Shown here: piece after piece, positions 11,002 to 22,971 of the stretch
Layout of the letters: each line of letters begins with the position of its first letter
How positions within the stretch are numbered: the first letter of the stretch is position 1
NCBI RefSeq assembly: GCF_002272895.1
Contig: NZ_MLAQ01000001.1
Span: forward strand, 109,800-149,799
DNA length: 40,000 nucleotides
Direction of reading: 5' to 3'
Source of the DNA: Helicobacter sp. 12S02232-10
Lineage (GTDB): Bacteria > Campylobacterota > Campylobacteria > Campylobacterales > Helicobacteraceae
Program-made: the position numbers and the translations under genes
Notes under the pieces: model-generated
Seen by the model: the letters and a program-made list of their open reading frames with translations, nothing else
Database searches by the model: none
Told to the model about the DNA's origin: nothing

Positions 11002-11568
11002 ATGAGACAATTTATAGAAAACGAATTTTTAGCCCATTTGGAAACAATTAAAAAGAGTTTAGAAATTTTAGGAAGCGATATTCAAAAAACAGCCGAAATT
11101 TTAAATGCATCCCTTTCTGAAGGAGGAAAAATTCTAATTTGTGGGAATGGGGGAAGTGCAGCTGATGCTCAACATTTTGCCGCTGAACTTAGTGGCAGAT
11201 ACAAAAGAGAACGCAAGGCACTCGCTGGAGTTGCTATCACCACAGATACATCTGCACTTACTGCTATTGGAAATGATTATGGATTTGATTATGTATTTTC
11301 AAGACAAGTAGAAGCTTTGGCGAATCCAAAAGATATTGTTTTTGGAATTTCTACAAGTGGAAACTCAAAAAATATTTTGAATGCATTTGAAATAGGAAGA
11401 AAAATAGGGTGTAAAAATATTGGATTAAGCGGGAGAGGCGGAGGAAGAATGTCTGAAATCTGTGATTTAAATCTTGTTGTTCCAAGTTCAGACACACCGC
11501 GTATTCAAGAAACACATATCTTGATTATTCATACGTTGTGCGATATGATTGAGAGTGCATTCGCTTAA
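11002..11568 (+). CDS. gmhA: phosphoheptose isomerase
   Basis: SIS domain motifs ([24 protein letters not shown]), 188 aa. Confidence 0.95.
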   Translation: MRQFIENEFLAHLETIKKSLEILGSDIQKTAEILNASLSEGGKILICGNGGSAADAQHFAAELSGRYKRERKALAGVAITTDTSALTAIGNDYGFDYVFSRQVEALANPKDIVFGISTSGNSKNILNAFEIGRKIGCKNIGLSGRGGGRMSEICDLNLVVPSSDTPRIQETHILIIHTLCDMIESAFA

Positions 11569-11595
11569 AAAATCTTTCAGAGATTTTATTTTTTC
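11569..11595 (+). terminator. possible intrinsic terminator after gmhA
   Basis: AAAATCT-TTCAG-AGATTTT hairpin followed by ATTTTTTC. The stem is AT-rich and weak. Confidence 0.3.
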
Positions 11596-11713
11596 TTAAA
11601 TAAAACTAAGAAATAATATGAAACTTTTTAGCGCTAAGTTTTAGCGATACTATTTTTAGACTTTCATATCAATTCAAATCTAAAAATAAACTTTATCATT
11701 ATTTGGAGTTGTT

Positions 11714-12937
11714 ATGTGGCAAGATTTTAAGCAAAAATATCTTGTTGGATTTTGGAATCCGTTACCTGCAGTCATTGCATTGGGAATTTTATCCACCTAT
11801 TATTTTGGATTGAGCGGAAGTTTATGGGCGGTAACCGGAGAATTTACACGTTGGGGAGGGCATATACTCCAACTTTTAGGGGTTGATATTGATAAATTTA
11901 GTTATTATCAAATACAAAATATGAGCGGCACTCCTCTTAGTAGAAATGATGGTATTATGGTAATTGGAATGTTTTTAGGGTGTTTGATTGCAAGTCTTTG
12001 GGCAAATAACTTTAAAATCAGATTTCCAAAAAATAAAATCAGAATTGCTCAAGGTTTCATAGGCGGTATTATTTCGGGATTTGGGGCAAGACTTGCAATG
12101 GGATGTAATCTAGCAAATTTCTTTACAGGAATTCCTTATTTTTCGGTACATACGTGGGTTTTTACCATATTTATGATTATAGGGGTGTATATCGGCACAA
12201 AATTTATCAGTTTGCCTTGTTTTCTCCCAAAACTTAAGATTGAAAAAGTAACTTCTCAAAAACCACTTGTTGCAACAAAAGGAAGGGCAAAATTTTTATT
12301 TTTGCTTGGTTGTGTTATTTTCTTGATTTCTATATTTTGGATGGTATGGCTCACTTATTCTTCTCCTATTCCTCAAAATAAAACATTTCCTATTCTTGGG
12401 ATGGCTCTTGGTTTTGGTATTTCTTTTGGTTTTATCATTGCGAGGGCTCAGATTTGTTTTACTTCAGCCTTCAGAGATTTATTTATGACGGGGCGCTCAC
12501 AAATGGCAAAAGCCGTATTTATTGGAATGATGGTCTCTTCGATTGGTGTTTTTAGTTATTTGATGCTCGGCAATGCTCCAAAGCTTTCTTGGATGGGTCC
12601 AAATATCGTTTTAGGTGGATTGTTGTTTGGTTTTGGAATCGTTTTAGCAGGAGGATGTGAGTGTGGTTGGATGTATCGCGCAATTGAAGGACAGGTTCAT
12701 TATTGGATAGTCGGGATTGGTAATGTTATAGGAACAATGATTCTTGCTTTGAGTTGGGATTATTATGGAGAGACTTTGGCAACTTCGTGGCCTAAGATAA
12801 ATCTTTTGGAAATTTTTGGTAATTATGGAGGATTGATTGTAAATTATATACTCTTGTTTCTGGCTTTTTTTCTTATATTATGGACTCAGAAAAGATTTTT
12901 TAACAAAAAAATATCTCAAAATATAAAAGGTATTTAA
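11714..12937 (+). CDS. YeeE/YedE family thiosulfate/sulfur-compound transporter
   Basis: 407 aa polytopic membrane protein with two conserved Cys loops (LAMGCNLANF; AGGCECGWMYR). Followed by a TusA-like partner. Confidence 0.85.
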   Translation: MWQDFKQKYLVGFWNPLPAVIALGILSTYYFGLSGSLWAVTGEFTRWGGHILQLLGVDIDKFSYYQIQNMSGTPLSRNDGIMVIGMFLGCLIASLWANNFKIRFPKNKIRIAQGFIGGIISGFGARLAMGCNLANFFTGIPYFSVHTWVFTIFMIIGVYIGTKFISLPCFLPKLKIEKVTSQKPLVATKGRAKFLFLLGCVIFLISIFWMVWLTYSSPIPQNKTFPILGMALGFGISFGFIIARAQICFTSAFRDLFMTGRSQMAKAVFIGMMVSSIGVFSYLMLGNAPKLSWMGPNIVLGGLLFGFGIVLAGGCECGWMYRAIEGQVHYWIVGIGNVIGTMILALSWDYYGETLATSWPKINLLEIFGNYGGLIVNYILLFLAFFLILWTQKRFFNKKISQNIKGI

Positions 12938-13177
12938 ATGCATAACAAAGAAATTATCCCCGATTATCGTTTAGATCTCCAAGGAGAACCCTGCCCATAC
13001 CCTGCAATAATAACCCTTCAAGAACTTCCAAAACTTTATGATGGAGAAATATTGGAAGTTTTAAGTGATTGTCCCCAAAGTATCAATAATATACCTATTG
13101 ATGCTAAAAATCACGGTTACAAAGTATTAAAAGTGGAACAACAAGGCACTACGATTCGATACTTGATTCAAAAATAA
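12938..13177 (+). CDS. TusA/YeeD-like sulfurtransferase
   Basis: 79 aa with the LDLQGEPCPYP active-site motif (CPxP). Starts 1 nt after the YeeE stop. Confidence 0.88.
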   Translation: MHNKEIIPDYRLDLQGEPCPYPAIITLQELPKLYDGEILEVLSDCPQSINNIPIDAKNHGYKVLKVEQQGTTIRYLIQK

Positions 13178-13184
13178 GTTTTGA

Positions 13185-13394
13185 TTATGTATTTTCTTTT
13201 CTCACTTGGGTAATACTTTTTCCTCCAAGTCCATAATTATCAGTATCAATTTCATCAATGATTACAACCATAGAGGCTTTATTTTTCTTTAGTACAGAAT
13301 GAAGCAAATCCGTAACACCGCTTATAAGCTCTTCTTTTTGTTTGGCAGTAGGCTCTCCATTTTCTTTGGTAATTCTAATATTAACAAAAGGCAT
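13185..13394 (-). CDS. 4-oxalocrotonate tautomerase family enzyme
   Basis: 69 aa with an MPFVNIRI N-terminus (catalytic Pro1). Confidence 0.88.
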   Translation of the reverse strand: MPFVNIRITKENGEPTAKQKEELISGVTDLLHSVLKKNKASMVVIIDEIDTDNYGLGGKSITQVRKENT

Positions 13395-13416
13395 TTAATT
13401 TCCTTTAGCAGATGGA

Positions 13417-14379
13417 TCAAAAACGATAGTCTTTTGGGTAAAAACCAAAAACATTGAGATAAAAATTCTGTAGAATATGATCGATATCGGTATTTTTAAA
13501 ATAATCCGAATATGCTGTTTTTGCTACAAATAGAGACATTAATGCAACTCTAGGACCTGTTCCATCAAAACTCGGCATTTTATATACTTGTTTATTTTTG
13601 ATGGCATTTACTGATTTGAGGGCCGGAATATGCAATATATCATCGACGCTATAAGGACTAAGCCACCAAATAAAAATTATATCGGGATTTTCATTTACAA
13701 TGGTTTCAATAGAGACTTCTGCTCGATCATACTCAATATATTTTTCTCCAATATTTTCTGTAGCAGCATATCTGAGCATATCGCCCACAATACTTTCTTT
13801 TCCGCTGATAACATTGGGTTTATGAAACATAAAAATAACTCGTTTTTTCTTTTGAATATTTTTGGTTTGTTGGGCAATGATTTTAAATATCTTATCCATT
13901 TCTCCAATAGTAATTTTTATTTTCTGAGTTTTTCCAAATAAAGACGCCATAATACTTAACTGTTCTTTTACTTCAGTAATGCGATAAGTTTGAAAAGATA
14001 AATATTTTAAACCAAATTTTTTACCAAAATTTATATTTTGAACACTTCGAGTGCTTGAAATGATAATATCAGGAGATAACTGAAGAATTTTTTCAATATT
14101 TCCTAAAGTTGCAGAATTGATTTTATAGATATTTTCAAGATAAGGATTATTGATTTGATTCACATCAATCCTAAAGGCATATTCATCAAGACCTACAACC
14201 TTATCCCATATTCCCAATACCGCAGGCAATTCTAAATAAGTTCCTGAGATGATCACTTTTTTAACAGGTGTATCAAAAGATTGCGTACCAAAAAAATCTT
14301 TTATCTCAATTGTAACTCCAAAAAGATTTGAAAATAAAAAAACAATATATAGACTAAAAAGTTTGAGAAATTTGTGCAT
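13417..14379 (-). CDS. ABC transporter periplasmic substrate-binding protein (iron-siderophore/cobalamin type)
   Basis: Signal peptide from the internal Met (MHKFLKLFSLYIVFLF), which is preferred to the track start 14403. Size and PDIIF/ PDIIIS motifs are typical of this binding-protein class. Downstream of a TonB-dependent receptor gene. Confidence 0.75.
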   Translation of the reverse strand: MHKFLKLFSLYIVFLFSNLFGVTIEIKDFFGTQSFDTPVKKVIISGTYLELPAVLGIWDKVVGLDEYAFRIDVNQINNPYLENIYKINSATLGNIEKILQLSPDIIISSTRSVQNINFGKKFGLKYLSFQTYRITEVKEQLSIMASLFGKTQKIKITIGEMDKIFKIIAQQTKNIQKKKRVIFMFHKPNVISGKESIVGDMLRYAATENIGEKYIEYDRAEVSIETIVNENPDIIFIWWLSPYSVDDILHIPALKSVNAIKNKQVYKMPSFDGTGPRVALMSLFVAKTAYSDYFKNTDIDHILQNFYLNVFGFYPKDYRF

Positions 14380-16540
14380 AAAAAGATGCTCCCGGAGCTT
14401 CATAATTATTAAAATACAGGCTATTAGTAAAATTCAGAAAGCTGATATTGACATCAAATCCTTTAACAAAATGATAACCAATTTTTGCATCAAAATAAAG
14501 TTGTTCATCGTAACTGCCAAAAGTATGCCTGCTTCCCCAAATATTAAAATCTTTATATGCTCGAGATTGATAAGTTCCTTGCAAGGAGCCATAAAATCCT
14601 GTCGGTAATCCGTATAAAATCATCAAATGTGCCATATGTTCAGGAATCATAGGTAATTGCTTACCCTCTAAAGAAGGATTTGCATCGTTTTTAATCATTT
14701 TTGGATTTGTCCAAGTATAATTTGCCAAAATATTAATACCAAAGCCTATGGGTTGGTTATATTCAATCTCTATTCCGTTTATTCGAATATGGCCAGCATT
14801 TTTATTTTGTTTGATCAGTTTGTTTGTTGCTGTATCTGTGCCTAATGTTTGAGCATAGATGGCATCTAAAATATCACTCTGATAATAATAAATTTTAAAT
14901 AAGCCATTTTTGAATGTATTTTGTTCGATCCCCAAATCAAATGCTACGCCATATTCTGGTTTAAGATCAGGACTAAAAATCCATTTATATTTGGCTTGAG
15001 TGTTAAACATCTCTCTTGTTGTTGGAGCTCTAAATGCTGAACCTACCTCAGCTTTTAATAAGGTAGTTGCAAATAGTTTATAGTTAATGGAAGCTTTTGG
15101 AGAAAAAGCACCTTTGCCATTGACGGAAATATCTTTCCTTGTTTGGGCATCTAAATCATTGAACACATTTGTCATTTTCCAAAAATCATACCTTGCTCCA
15201 ATCGTTGTGCTGAGTTTGTCATTCCAATTGCTGTTTAATTGGAGGAGGGGAGAAATATACCACGTATTGCCTCCAAGTCCTTTTTGATAACTCCCTTCCT
15301 TGAAGGTTTTGTAATTCTCTGAAGAATAGCTTTTGTTACTAAGATTCAAAAATCTCCCTTGAAGGCCTAGTGTTAAGTAATGTTTATCAAATTCCATATT
15401 ATACATCACATCCAAATAATTGCTTGAAGTTCTTAAATCCTGTATGCCTCCATAACCCTTTTCAATAGTAGGGTATTGTTTGTCTGGAGAAGTTGTGGCA
15501 CCATTATATAATCCAATCATATCTACACTAGAAAGTGTAACGCTCAAAGTAGATTTATCAAAATAATGCTTATGTGATATTGAACCCAAATAATTCATAT
15601 AATTACCTATGCCTCCATAAGGATTTTCTACAAATATATTTGGCAAAGTTCCTCCACCATAAAAAATCTGATTGTCCTTTATGAGATTTGAATGAATATC
15701 AATATATTTATATACATAATTAGCCACCATAAATGTGATACTTGTCGTGTCTTTATCATTCCAGTCATACTCAAGCTTTATCCTACCATTTTGTGAAACA
15801 TAAGCTTGTCTGCCAATATCTCCGCCAATATATTGGTTTTTATCATAAGGACTAAAACCACTGACACCATTATCGCTTAAAGTTTTATATTGAGAAGCAC
15901 TAAAAAGGGCGGGCGTAAGGGGATAACCCTGAGTAGCGTTGAATCCGTAATTTGCTTTAATGCGTAATCTTTTATCTAAAAAAGTATCGCCGAGACTAAA
16001 ATATCCTCTGAAAAGGTTTTTATCTGCACGGCGTTTTTCAAATTCATTCCCATATCCCAAAGAAGCTTTTGCTTCAAAATGTGTGGGCATCGAAGTCATA
16101 AAATTTACCACACCTCCAATGGCTCCAGTTCCATAAAGACTTGAAAAAGGTCCTCGAACAATTTCGACTCGATCAATATCTTGATAAACGATTTGAGAAA
16201 GTAATCTTGCTTCCCCGTCCATATCGCTCAATATAACACCATCCATCAAGACTAAAGCGCCATTTGTGATCCCGCGCATCATAATAGCTGGGCGTATATT
16301 TAATCCTGCATCATTTGGGATATAAATACCTGCACTGTTTTTGACGATATCTGTAATTTTTTGAGGACTTCTTTTTTGCATTTGTTCTTTATCAATGACA
16401 TCAACATTTCCAGGTACTCTATCCACCTGAGTTTCAAATCTTGTAGCAGTTGTGACTTGTCTTTGAAGCTCATAGATATCTTCTTTTGACTCTAAAAAAT
16501 TGATTAATAATAATGCCAATCCAATGTATCTCCATTTCAA
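14354..16540 (-). CDS. TonB-dependent outer-membrane receptor
   Basis: Plug-domain motifs (VEIVRGPFSSLYGTGAIGGVVN) and a C-terminal aromatic residue (..QTF). The probable start is the TTG giving MKWRYIGLALLL, with an AAGGA RBS; the track start is 16555. Confidence 0.9.
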   Translation of the reverse strand: MKWRYIGLALLLINFLESKEDIYELQRQVTTATRFETQVDRVPGNVDVIDKEQMQKRSPQKITDIVKNSAGIYIPNDAGLNIRPAIMMRGITNGALVLMDGVILSDMDGEARLLSQIVYQDIDRVEIVRGPFSSLYGTGAIGGVVNFMTSMPTHFEAKASLGYGNEFEKRRADKNLFRGYFSLGDTFLDKRLRIKANYGFNATQGYPLTPALFSASQYKTLSDNGVSGFSPYDKNQYIGGDIGRQAYVSQNGRIKLEYDWNDKDTTSITFMVANYVYKYIDIHSNLIKDNQIFYGGGTLPNIFVENPYGGIGNYMNYLGSISHKHYFDKSTLSVTLSSVDMIGLYNGATTSPDKQYPTIEKGYGGIQDLRTSSNYLDVMYNMEFDKHYLTLGLQGRFLNLSNKSYSSENYKTFKEGSYQKGLGGNTWYISPLLQLNSNWNDKLSTTIGARYDFWKMTNVFNDLDAQTRKDISVNGKGAFSPKASINYKLFATTLLKAEVGSAFRAPTTREMFNTQAKYKWIFSPDLKPEYGVAFDLGIEQNTFKNGLFKIYYYQSDILDAIYAQTLGTDTATNKLIKQNKNAGHIRINGIEIEYNQPIGFGINILANYTWTNPKMIKNDANPSLEGKQLPMIPEHMAHLMILYGLPTGFYGSLQGTYQSRAYKDFNIWGSRHTFGSYDEQLYFDAKIGYHFVKGFDVNISFLNFTNSLYFNNYEAPGASFYAQISQTF

Positions 16541-16614
16541 ATTCAATCCTTGCAATAATATTTTATTACTATATTAAAAAAAATATTATTAAGTATTACT
16601 GAAATTGAAAGTAA

Positions 16615-17103
16615 TTATTTCCAATCTTCTCCGATACCAAGCAAAATGCAATGGTTAAAATCAGGCAGTACGCAATAGGCGTAAAGTTCGCTTCCTATCC
16701 CTAAAAATTCGAGATCACTCAAATATCTTCCATCGAATTTAAGGTAAAATATTTTAGCTTTTTTGTTTTCTACCTCCGAAGCCAAGATACCACCAATTCC
16801 AACTCCTCCAAGATGGCTATATTTAATAAACTCTTTAAGTATAAAATGACTTAAAACAAGTTCGCCTGCGAAATACTTTTTTTGCATATTTTCAAGTGTT
16901 GCATAAACAGAATGCTCAATAATTTTTCTTCCTCTAAAAACAGGATATTGCCCACGTTGAGATTGTATTTTTACCTGTTGGTAATATGAGTCGAGTATTT
17001 GATGTTCTTCTTTAAGATAATCAGACGCATTTTTGGCACCTGAAAGGAAAAATTGGCAACATAAGCATATAACTGCCAAAATTATTTTTATTTTAGAAAG
17101 CAA
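16615..17103 (-). CDS. hypothetical exported protein
   Basis: The track ORF (to 17214) overlaps the upstream OMP gene. A TTG at 17103 gives a signal-like N-terminus (LSKIKIILAVICLCC). No motif recognised. Confidence 0.5.
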   Translation of the reverse strand: MLSKIKIILAVICLCCQFFLSGAKNASDYLKEEHQILDSYYQQVKIQSQRGQYPVFRGRKIIEHSVYATLENMQKKYFAGELVLSHFILKEFIKYSHLGGVGIGGILASEVENKKAKIFYLKFDGRYLSDLEFLGIGSELYAYCVLPDFNHCILLGIGEDWK

Positions 17104-18103
17104 TGTTAAGTTCAAAGCTCCCGAAATTATGAGGTTCAGCCTGATTTCTGAAAGTTTTGCTCCTATGGGTATAGGTATAGGCAAGTCGCATTCCTCGATA
17201 TAAAACTGCTGCACCTATTTCCCCATCATAAACAAAATATTTCATATCTAATCCTGTAGGAGTACCAAAACTATTGCCTTGTATAAAAATATTTCTGGCT
17301 TGATAACGACCTGAAATTCCTCCGAAAATATAAAATGAAAATCTATCATTATAAGCTTCTCCACCACTAAAACTCGAATTTACCTTATTGACTCCAAAGT
17401 CAGAATCTAGGTTGTAGCCTATGCGAAGTCGAGTGCCAATCTGGACATGTGTGTCCGCATTTCCCAATGCAACATCAAGACCTGGAAGAATATCAGAGGT
17501 AATAAATCTTGAATCCCATAAATAAATTTTTTTAATCAACTGATAGTTGAGATTAACAATAAATTCATTTCTCAATTGATGGCTCCAGCCATAGAAAACA
17601 GGATTATTAGTTAGATAATGGATAAGTTTTTGGGTTTCATAAGCAAGTGCAGAAGGACCTACCATTCCTAGTGATAAAAAAACACTTTCCAAAATACTTT
17701 CACTCCGGTGATAAACCCCAAAATTCAAACGCAGATAACCTGAATAAGGATGGTCAGGAGAGTTTGGAATCAAAACTCTAGAATGGGGAGTATAAATATC
17801 TTGTATTACAGAAATATTAAAACGTGTCATTTTGATTTTATTCCATCCGACACTTAAATATCGACTCCAAGCCATCAATGAATCACGATCCTCGCACTCA
17901 AAATTATATTCTTCGCTAGTATAGCCAAGACTTGTTCCAGCGGTATAGTATTGGTCAATGTACTGATTGGCATAGGCATCATTTTCGCTAAGCAGATTAA
18001 CAAATTGTTTTTTATAAGGAGTTAATTCTGTGTCACACACATCATTAGCCAAACCTACAGTAACCCCAAAAAATAATATAAATACCGATGTAAATTTTTT
18101 CAT
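17093..18103 (-). CDS. outer-membrane beta-barrel protein, LpxR-like lipid A deacylase family
   Basis: Signal peptide, C-terminal F, alternating beta pattern, and an N-terminal ENDAY...DQYYTAGTSLGY motif resembling the LpxR family signature (assigned from memory). Confidence 0.55.
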   Translation of the reverse strand: MKKFTSVFILFFGVTVGLANDVCDTELTPYKKQFVNLLSENDAYANQYIDQYYTAGTSLGYTSEEYNFECEDRDSLMAWSRYLSVGWNKIKMTRFNISVIQDIYTPHSRVLIPNSPDHPYSGYLRLNFGVYHRSESILESVFLSLGMVGPSALAYETQKLIHYLTNNPVFYGWSHQLRNEFIVNLNYQLIKKIYLWDSRFITSDILPGLDVALGNADTHVQIGTRLRIGYNLDSDFGVNKVNSSFSGGEAYNDRFSFYIFGGISGRYQARNIFIQGNSFGTPTGLDMKYFVYDGEIGAAVLYRGMRLAYTYTHRSKTFRNQAEPHNFGSFELNIAF

Positions 18104-18112
18104 ATTTTTGCC

Positions 18113-20350
18113 TTAATCTAAATTAAGCTTTGTTCGAAAGCTTTCAAAAAATATTTCCTTTGCTTTTGACATATCAATAGTAATAGAATCGATTTGAATT
18201 GAGTGATCTGAATCCAAAATCTCTCCAAGCAAGCAAACAGGAATTCGAAATTTTTGCCCTAATTCCGAAAGAATTGGGAAATTTATAGGAGAAATTTCAG
18301 CAATCACGCAACTTTGAGATTCACTAAAAATCATTTCTTTTTCGAGTTTTTGAATGGAATTGAATGATGTTTTTACCCTAATGCCTTTATTGCCAAATAA
18401 TGCCATTTTTGCCAATGTTATTGCAAGACCACCTTTCCCGATATCTTTAGCCGAAACAATCAAATCATTATTAAAAGCTTCTAATAAAAATTTCCATAAT
18501 GAAGCTTCTTTTTCCAAATCAATCAAAGGGATTTTTCCATTACACTCTTGATTGATGATTTTTTGAATTAAGCTTCCTCCAAAATCTCTATCTAAACCAC
18601 CTAAAAGCACCAAATGATTCCCTGTTTTTTTTAAGCTCGAATCAATAACTTTACCTTTTATGGTTCCAACTGCCACGATTGTTGGAGTAGGGTAAATGTC
18701 TTTGTCTTCGGTTTGATTATACAAAGATACATTCCCGCTAATCACGGGAGTCTTGAGAATTTCACAAGCCTCTTTGATGCCTTCACAAGCCTCTTTGAAT
18801 TGCCACATTACCTCAGGATTTTCCGGGTTTCCAAAATTGAGGCAATCACTAATTGCTAAGACTTTTGCTCCTCTTAAAACACAATTCCTACCAGCTGTTG
18901 CAACAGCAATCTTTGAGCCACCCTTAGGGTCAAGATAACAATAACGGGGATTGCAATAAACATTCATTGCCAAAAAAGAATTATTTTCTTTTACGCGAAT
19001 GACGCTTGCATCGCCTTTTCCACTTCCTATGATCGAATTTGTTCCTACACTCCCATCATATTGAGAATAAATCCAAGATTTATCGCAAATTTCAAGACTT
19101 CCAAGCAAAGTTTCAAAAATTTCTTGTTGAGAAAGAGAAGTGCCTGCATAATCTTTTTTAACCAAATCGACAAGATAGTGCGGTTTGCTTAAAGGTCTAT
19201 CTAAAACAGGTGCATTTTCACTCAAATCTCTCACCGGAATTTCAGCGCATTTTTCTCCTTGCCAAAATAATTCCATATTGCCACTATCTGTCACTTCTCC
19301 TATGATCTCTGCATCCAATTCCCATTTTTTAAATATCTCTATAACTTCTTGTTCGCAATCTTTTTTAGCACAGATTAACATTCTCTCTTGTGATTCGCTA
19401 AGCATTAGCTCATAAGGTCCTAACCCTGCTTCTCGCATTGGAACCTTATCAAGATGCATTATCATACCACTCCCGCTACGTCCTGCCATTTCAAAACTCG
19501 AACTGGTTAAACCTGCAGCTCCCATATCTTGAATCCCAACAATCAAATCTTTTTGAAAAAGTTCCAAACACGCTTCTAATAGTAGTTTTTCACTAAATGG
19601 ATCTCCGATTTGCACCGTAGGTCGAAGAGATTTGGAATCTTGTGTGAAGCTATCACTACTCATCACAGCCCCTCCAAGTCCATCAGCACCGGTTTTACTA
19701 CCGACATAAATAACAGGATTTCCAATTCCTTCAGCCTTACCATAAAATATTTCACTACTTTTTGCCACACCCAAAGTAAAAGCATTTACAAGAATATTTC
19801 CATTATAGCAAGCCTCAAAACTTGTTTCTCCTCCGATTGTAGGAACACCCATACAATTCCCATAATCTCCAATTCCAGAAACAACCCCTTGAAGTAAATA
19901 GCGGTGTTTTTTTCCTATTCCATCATCTCTATCAACCTCTCCAAAACGAATCGAATTCAGGCTTGCCACAGGTCTAGCGCCCATTGTAAAAATATCCCTC
20001 ATAATTCCCCCTACACCTGTTGCTGCTCCTGCGTGGGGTTCTATGAAACTTGGATGATTATGGGATTCTATTTTAAAGACGGCAGCATAACCCTCTCCGA
20101 TGTCAATCACACCCGCATTTTCTCCTGGTCCTTGTATCACCCAAGGAGCAGCAATAGGAAAACCCTTCAAGTATTTTTTGCTGGATTTATAACTACAATG
20201 CTCGCTCCACATTGCCGAAAATATAGCAATTTCAAGCAAATTTGGTTCGCGAGATAAGACTTTTTTGATTTGCTCATAATCATCTTGGGTTAGCTTATGA
20301 TTTTTAAGCACTTCGGAAATATTTTTTATTTGTTGCGGGGCTTTTTCCAT
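18113..20350 (-). CDS. purL: phosphoribosylformylglycinamidine synthase subunit PurL
   Basis: AIR-synthase-like repeats ([15 protein letters not shown]). The start is moved to the ATG at 20350 (MEKAPQQ), which has a GAGGAAA RBS; the track extends to 20434. Confidence 0.93.
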   Translation of the reverse strand: MEKAPQQIKNISEVLKNHKLTQDDYEQIKKVLSREPNLLEIAIFSAMWSEHCSYKSSKKYLKGFPIAAPWVIQGPGENAGVIDIGEGYAAVFKIESHNHPSFIEPHAGAATGVGGIMRDIFTMGARPVASLNSIRFGEVDRDDGIGKKHRYLLQGVVSGIGDYGNCMGVPTIGGETSFEACYNGNILVNAFTLGVAKSSEIFYGKAEGIGNPVIYVGSKTGADGLGGAVMSSDSFTQDSKSLRPTVQIGDPFSEKLLLEACLELFQKDLIVGIQDMGAAGLTSSSFEMAGRSGSGMIMHLDKVPMREAGLGPYELMLSESQERMLICAKKDCEQEVIEIFKKWELDAEIIGEVTDSGNMELFWQGEKCAEIPVRDLSENAPVLDRPLSKPHYLVDLVKKDYAGTSLSQQEIFETLLGSLEICDKSWIYSQYDGSVGTNSIIGSGKGDASVIRVKENNSFLAMNVYCNPRYCYLDPKGGSKIAVATAGRNCVLRGAKVLAISDCLNFGNPENPEVMWQFKEACEGIKEACEILKTPVISGNVSLYNQTEDKDIYPTPTIVAVGTIKGKVIDSSLKKTGNHLVLLGGLDRDFGGSLIQKIINQECNGKIPLIDLEKEASLWKFLLEAFNNDLIVSAKDIGKGGLAITLAKMALFGNKGIRVKTSFNSIQKLEKEMIFSESQSCVIAEISPINFPILSELGQKFRIPVCLLGEILDSDHSIQIDSITIDMSKAKEIFFESFRTKLNLD

Positions 20351-20544
20351 AGTTTTCCTCAAATATTTTGTATTTTTGATAAATGTTATGTTTGGAGTTG
20401 TTTTACCAATAAGAATTTTATCTAAAATCCTCAAGAAACAAAGAAAATTAGAAAAAATCTGAAATTTTATAAATTCCTAAGTATCAAATAAAGATTTATC
20501 TACTAAAATGTTAAGTACAACAGATGATTAGGAGAATGCAGATT

Positions 20545-22971
20545 ATGAAATACATCAAGTTTTTTAAAGAACTGAATAACAGGGATGTCCCTCTAGTTGG
20601 AGGTAAAAATGCAAGTATTGGAGAAATGTTTCAAGAACTTGTTCCTGTTGGGATTAAGGTGCCAAATGGATTTGCCATTACAAGTCAAGCTTACTGGTAT
20701 CTGCTTGACAGCGGTGGGATCAAACAAAAGATAATTGATTTGCTTGATGGCGTTGATGTGACCGAAATTGATGTTTTGAAAACGCGTTCAAAAAAAATTC
20801 GTGAGCTTATTTTTGGAACCCCTTTTCCAACCGATCTTAGAGATGAGATTTTTCAAGCCTATCAAATTTTAAGCGATGAATACGGTATGAAAGAGGCCGA
20901 TGTAGCAGTTCGAAGTTCTGCAACTGCTGAAGATCTTCCGGATGCTTCATTTGCAGGGCAACAAGACACTTATTTGAGTGTTAAGGGGCAAACTGAACTT
21001 ATCCATTATATTAAATCTTGTTTAGCTTCATTATTTACAGATAGGGCAGTAAGTTATAGGGCTTCTAGGGGATTTGATCATTTTAAGGTTGCCTTAAGCG
21101 TGGGAATTCAAAAAATGGTTCGCGCCGATAAGGGGAGTGCAGGGGTGATGTTTTCGATTGATACTGAAACAGGATTTAAGGATACCGTTTTCATCACATC
21201 AAGTTGGGGATTAGGAGAAAATGTTGTTGGGGGAACTGTGAATCCTGACGAATTTTATGTTTTTAAACCCACATTAGAGCAGGGCAAGCGTCCCATTATC
21301 AAACGACAACTTGGCACCAAACACCAAAAAATGGTCTATGCTCCCAAGGGCAGTGATCACCCTACTAAAAATATTAAAACAACCCAAAAAGAACTGGATA
21401 CTTTTTCCATTACCGATGAAGACATTTTAACTCTTGCACGTTATGCAATTATTATCGAGAAACACTATACAAAAGAAGCCGGTGAATACAGACCAATGGA
21501 TATGGAATGGGCAAAAGACGGAGAAAGTGGTGAAATTTTTATCGTTCAAGCACGTCCTGAGACCGTTCAAAGTCAAAATATCAAAAAAACTAATGGACAA
21601 AAACTTGAAAAATTTAAATTTAAAAATAATGATGAAAGAAAAGAAATAATTATTATCGGAAGAGCCATTGGAGGTAAAATTGGCACTGGAAAAGTCAGAA
21701 TTATCAATGATATTGAACATATGAATACCTTTAAAGAAGGGGAAATTTTAGTTACAGATAATACCGATCCCGATTGGGAGCCGGCGATGAAAAAGGCTTC
21801 AGCAGTAATTACCAACCGCGGAGGCAGAACTTGCCACGCAGCTATTGTTGCTAGAGAGATAGGAGTTCCAGCTATTGTAGGTGCAATGGGAGCTACAGAT
21901 CGACTTTATACAGGTATGGAAGTCACAGTTTCTTGTGCTGAGGGAGAAGAAGGCTATGTATATGCAGGCATTCATCCTTATGAAGTTGAAAGCATTGAGC
22001 TTTCCAATATGGGACAGACCAAAACAAAAATTTATATGAATGTGGGTAATCCTGAAAAAGCTTTCAGTTTCTCACAACTTCCAAATCACGGGGTAGGGTT
22101 GGCTAGAATGGAATTGATTGTTCTTAATCAGATAAAAGCTCATCCATTGGCACTTTTGGATCTTCAAAATGGTAAAAAAGATATCCAAGGTAAAGAAGAA
22201 ATTGTAAAACTAATTGCAGGTTATGAAAATCCAAAAGATTTTTTCGTTAAAAAAATCGCCGAAGGTATGGGAATGATAGCTTCAGCTTTTTATCCGCGTC
22301 CTGTGATTGTTCGTACTAGTGATTTTAAATCCAACGAATATCGCGGAATGATAGGAGGAACAGCCTATGAACCTCAAGAAGAAAATCCAATGTTGGGATT
22401 TCGTGGGGCAAGTAGATATTATTCCGATTTATATCGAGGGGCTTTTGAATGGGAATGTCAAGCATTGGCTATGGTCAGAGATGAAATGGGTCTAACAAAT
22501 ATGAAAATTATGATTCCATTTTTAAGAACTCCTGAGGAAGGGAAAAAAGTTTTGGAAATTCTTAGGAGAAATGGGCTTGAATCAGGTAAGAATGGACTTG
22601 AAATTTATGTAATGTGTGAACTTCCAGTAAATGTAATTTTAGCTGATGACTTTTTATCAATGTTTGATGGATTTTCTATCGGCTCAAATGATCTTACGCA
22701 ACTCACTTTAGGAGTGGATAGAGATGGAGAGCTTGTGAGTAATATTTTTGATGAAAGAAATCCTGCTATGCTTGAAATGTTTAAACGCGCTATTGCAGCT
22801 TGTAAAAAACATAATAAGTATTGTGGGATTTGTGGTCAAGCACCGAGTGATTATCCCGAAATAGCAGAATTTTTGGTTCGCGAGGGAATTGACTCAATAT
22901 CCTTAAATCCCGACTCTGTGATTTCAACTTGGAATTGTGTTTCTAAATTGGAAAAAGAATTAAAACGATGA
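20545..22971 (+). CDS. ppsA: phosphoenolpyruvate synthase
   Basis: ~808 aa with the phosphohistidine loop [13 protein letters not shown] and the PEP-utilising C-terminal motif GSNDLTQ. The ATG at 20545 has a TAGGAG RBS. Confidence 0.95.
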   Translation: MKYIKFFKELNNRDVPLVGGKNASIGEMFQELVPVGIKVPNGFAITSQAYWYLLDSGGIKQKIIDLLDGVDVTEIDVLKTRSKKIRELIFGTPFPTDLRDEIFQAYQILSDEYGMKEADVAVRSSATAEDLPDASFAGQQDTYLSVKGQTELIHYIKSCLASLFTDRAVSYRASRGFDHFKVALSVGIQKMVRADKGSAGVMFSIDTETGFKDTVFITSSWGLGENVVGGTVNPDEFYVFKPTLEQGKRPIIKRQLGTKHQKMVYAPKGSDHPTKNIKTTQKELDTFSITDEDILTLARYAIIIEKHYTKEAGEYRPMDMEWAKDGESGEIFIVQARPETVQSQNIKKTNGQKLEKFKFKNNDERKEIIIIGRAIGGKIGTGKVRIINDIEHMNTFKEGEILVTDNTDPDWEPAMKKASAVITNRGGRTCHAAIVAREIGVPAIVGAMGATDRLYTGMEVTVSCAEGEEGYVYAGIHPYEVESIELSNMGQTKTKIYMNVGNPEKAFSFSQLPNHGVGLARMELIVLNQIKAHPLALLDLQNGKKDIQGKEEIVKLIAGYENPKDFFVKKIAEGMGMIASAFYPRPVIVRTSDFKSNEYRGMIGGTAYEPQEENPMLGFRGASRYYSDLYRGAFEWECQALAMVRDEMGLTNMKIMIPFLRTPEEGKKVLEILRRNGLESGKNGLEIYVMCELPVNVILADDFLSMFDGFSIGSNDLTQLTLGVDRDGELVSNIFDERNPAMLEMFKRAIAACKKHNKYCGICGQAPSDYPEIAEFLVREGIDSISLNPDSVISTWNCVSKLEKELKR

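Noticed and set aside
16541-16614. Fur-box-like AT-rich dyads (ATAATAATATTTTATTA, AATATTATTAAGTATTA) upstream of the TonB-dependent receptor gene.
   Set aside because: The region is almost pure A/T, so such matches cannot be told from background by eye. Plausible but unsupported.
1031-21815. Many 60-120-aa track ORFs lying antisense or out of frame inside strong genes. Examples: 1031..1234, 1342..1527, 2234..2446, 3080..3286, 3872..4057, 6928..7227, 9180..9464, 9674..9874, 10375..10587, 10652..10840, 11289..11495, 13630..13941, 13695..13907, 14249..14608, 15087..15287, 18354..20257 (several) and 21427..21815 (several).
   Set aside because: Each is fully embedded in a longer ORF with clear family motifs, has low-complexity I/F/L/K/S-rich translation typical of shadow frames in AT-rich DNA, and has no RBS.
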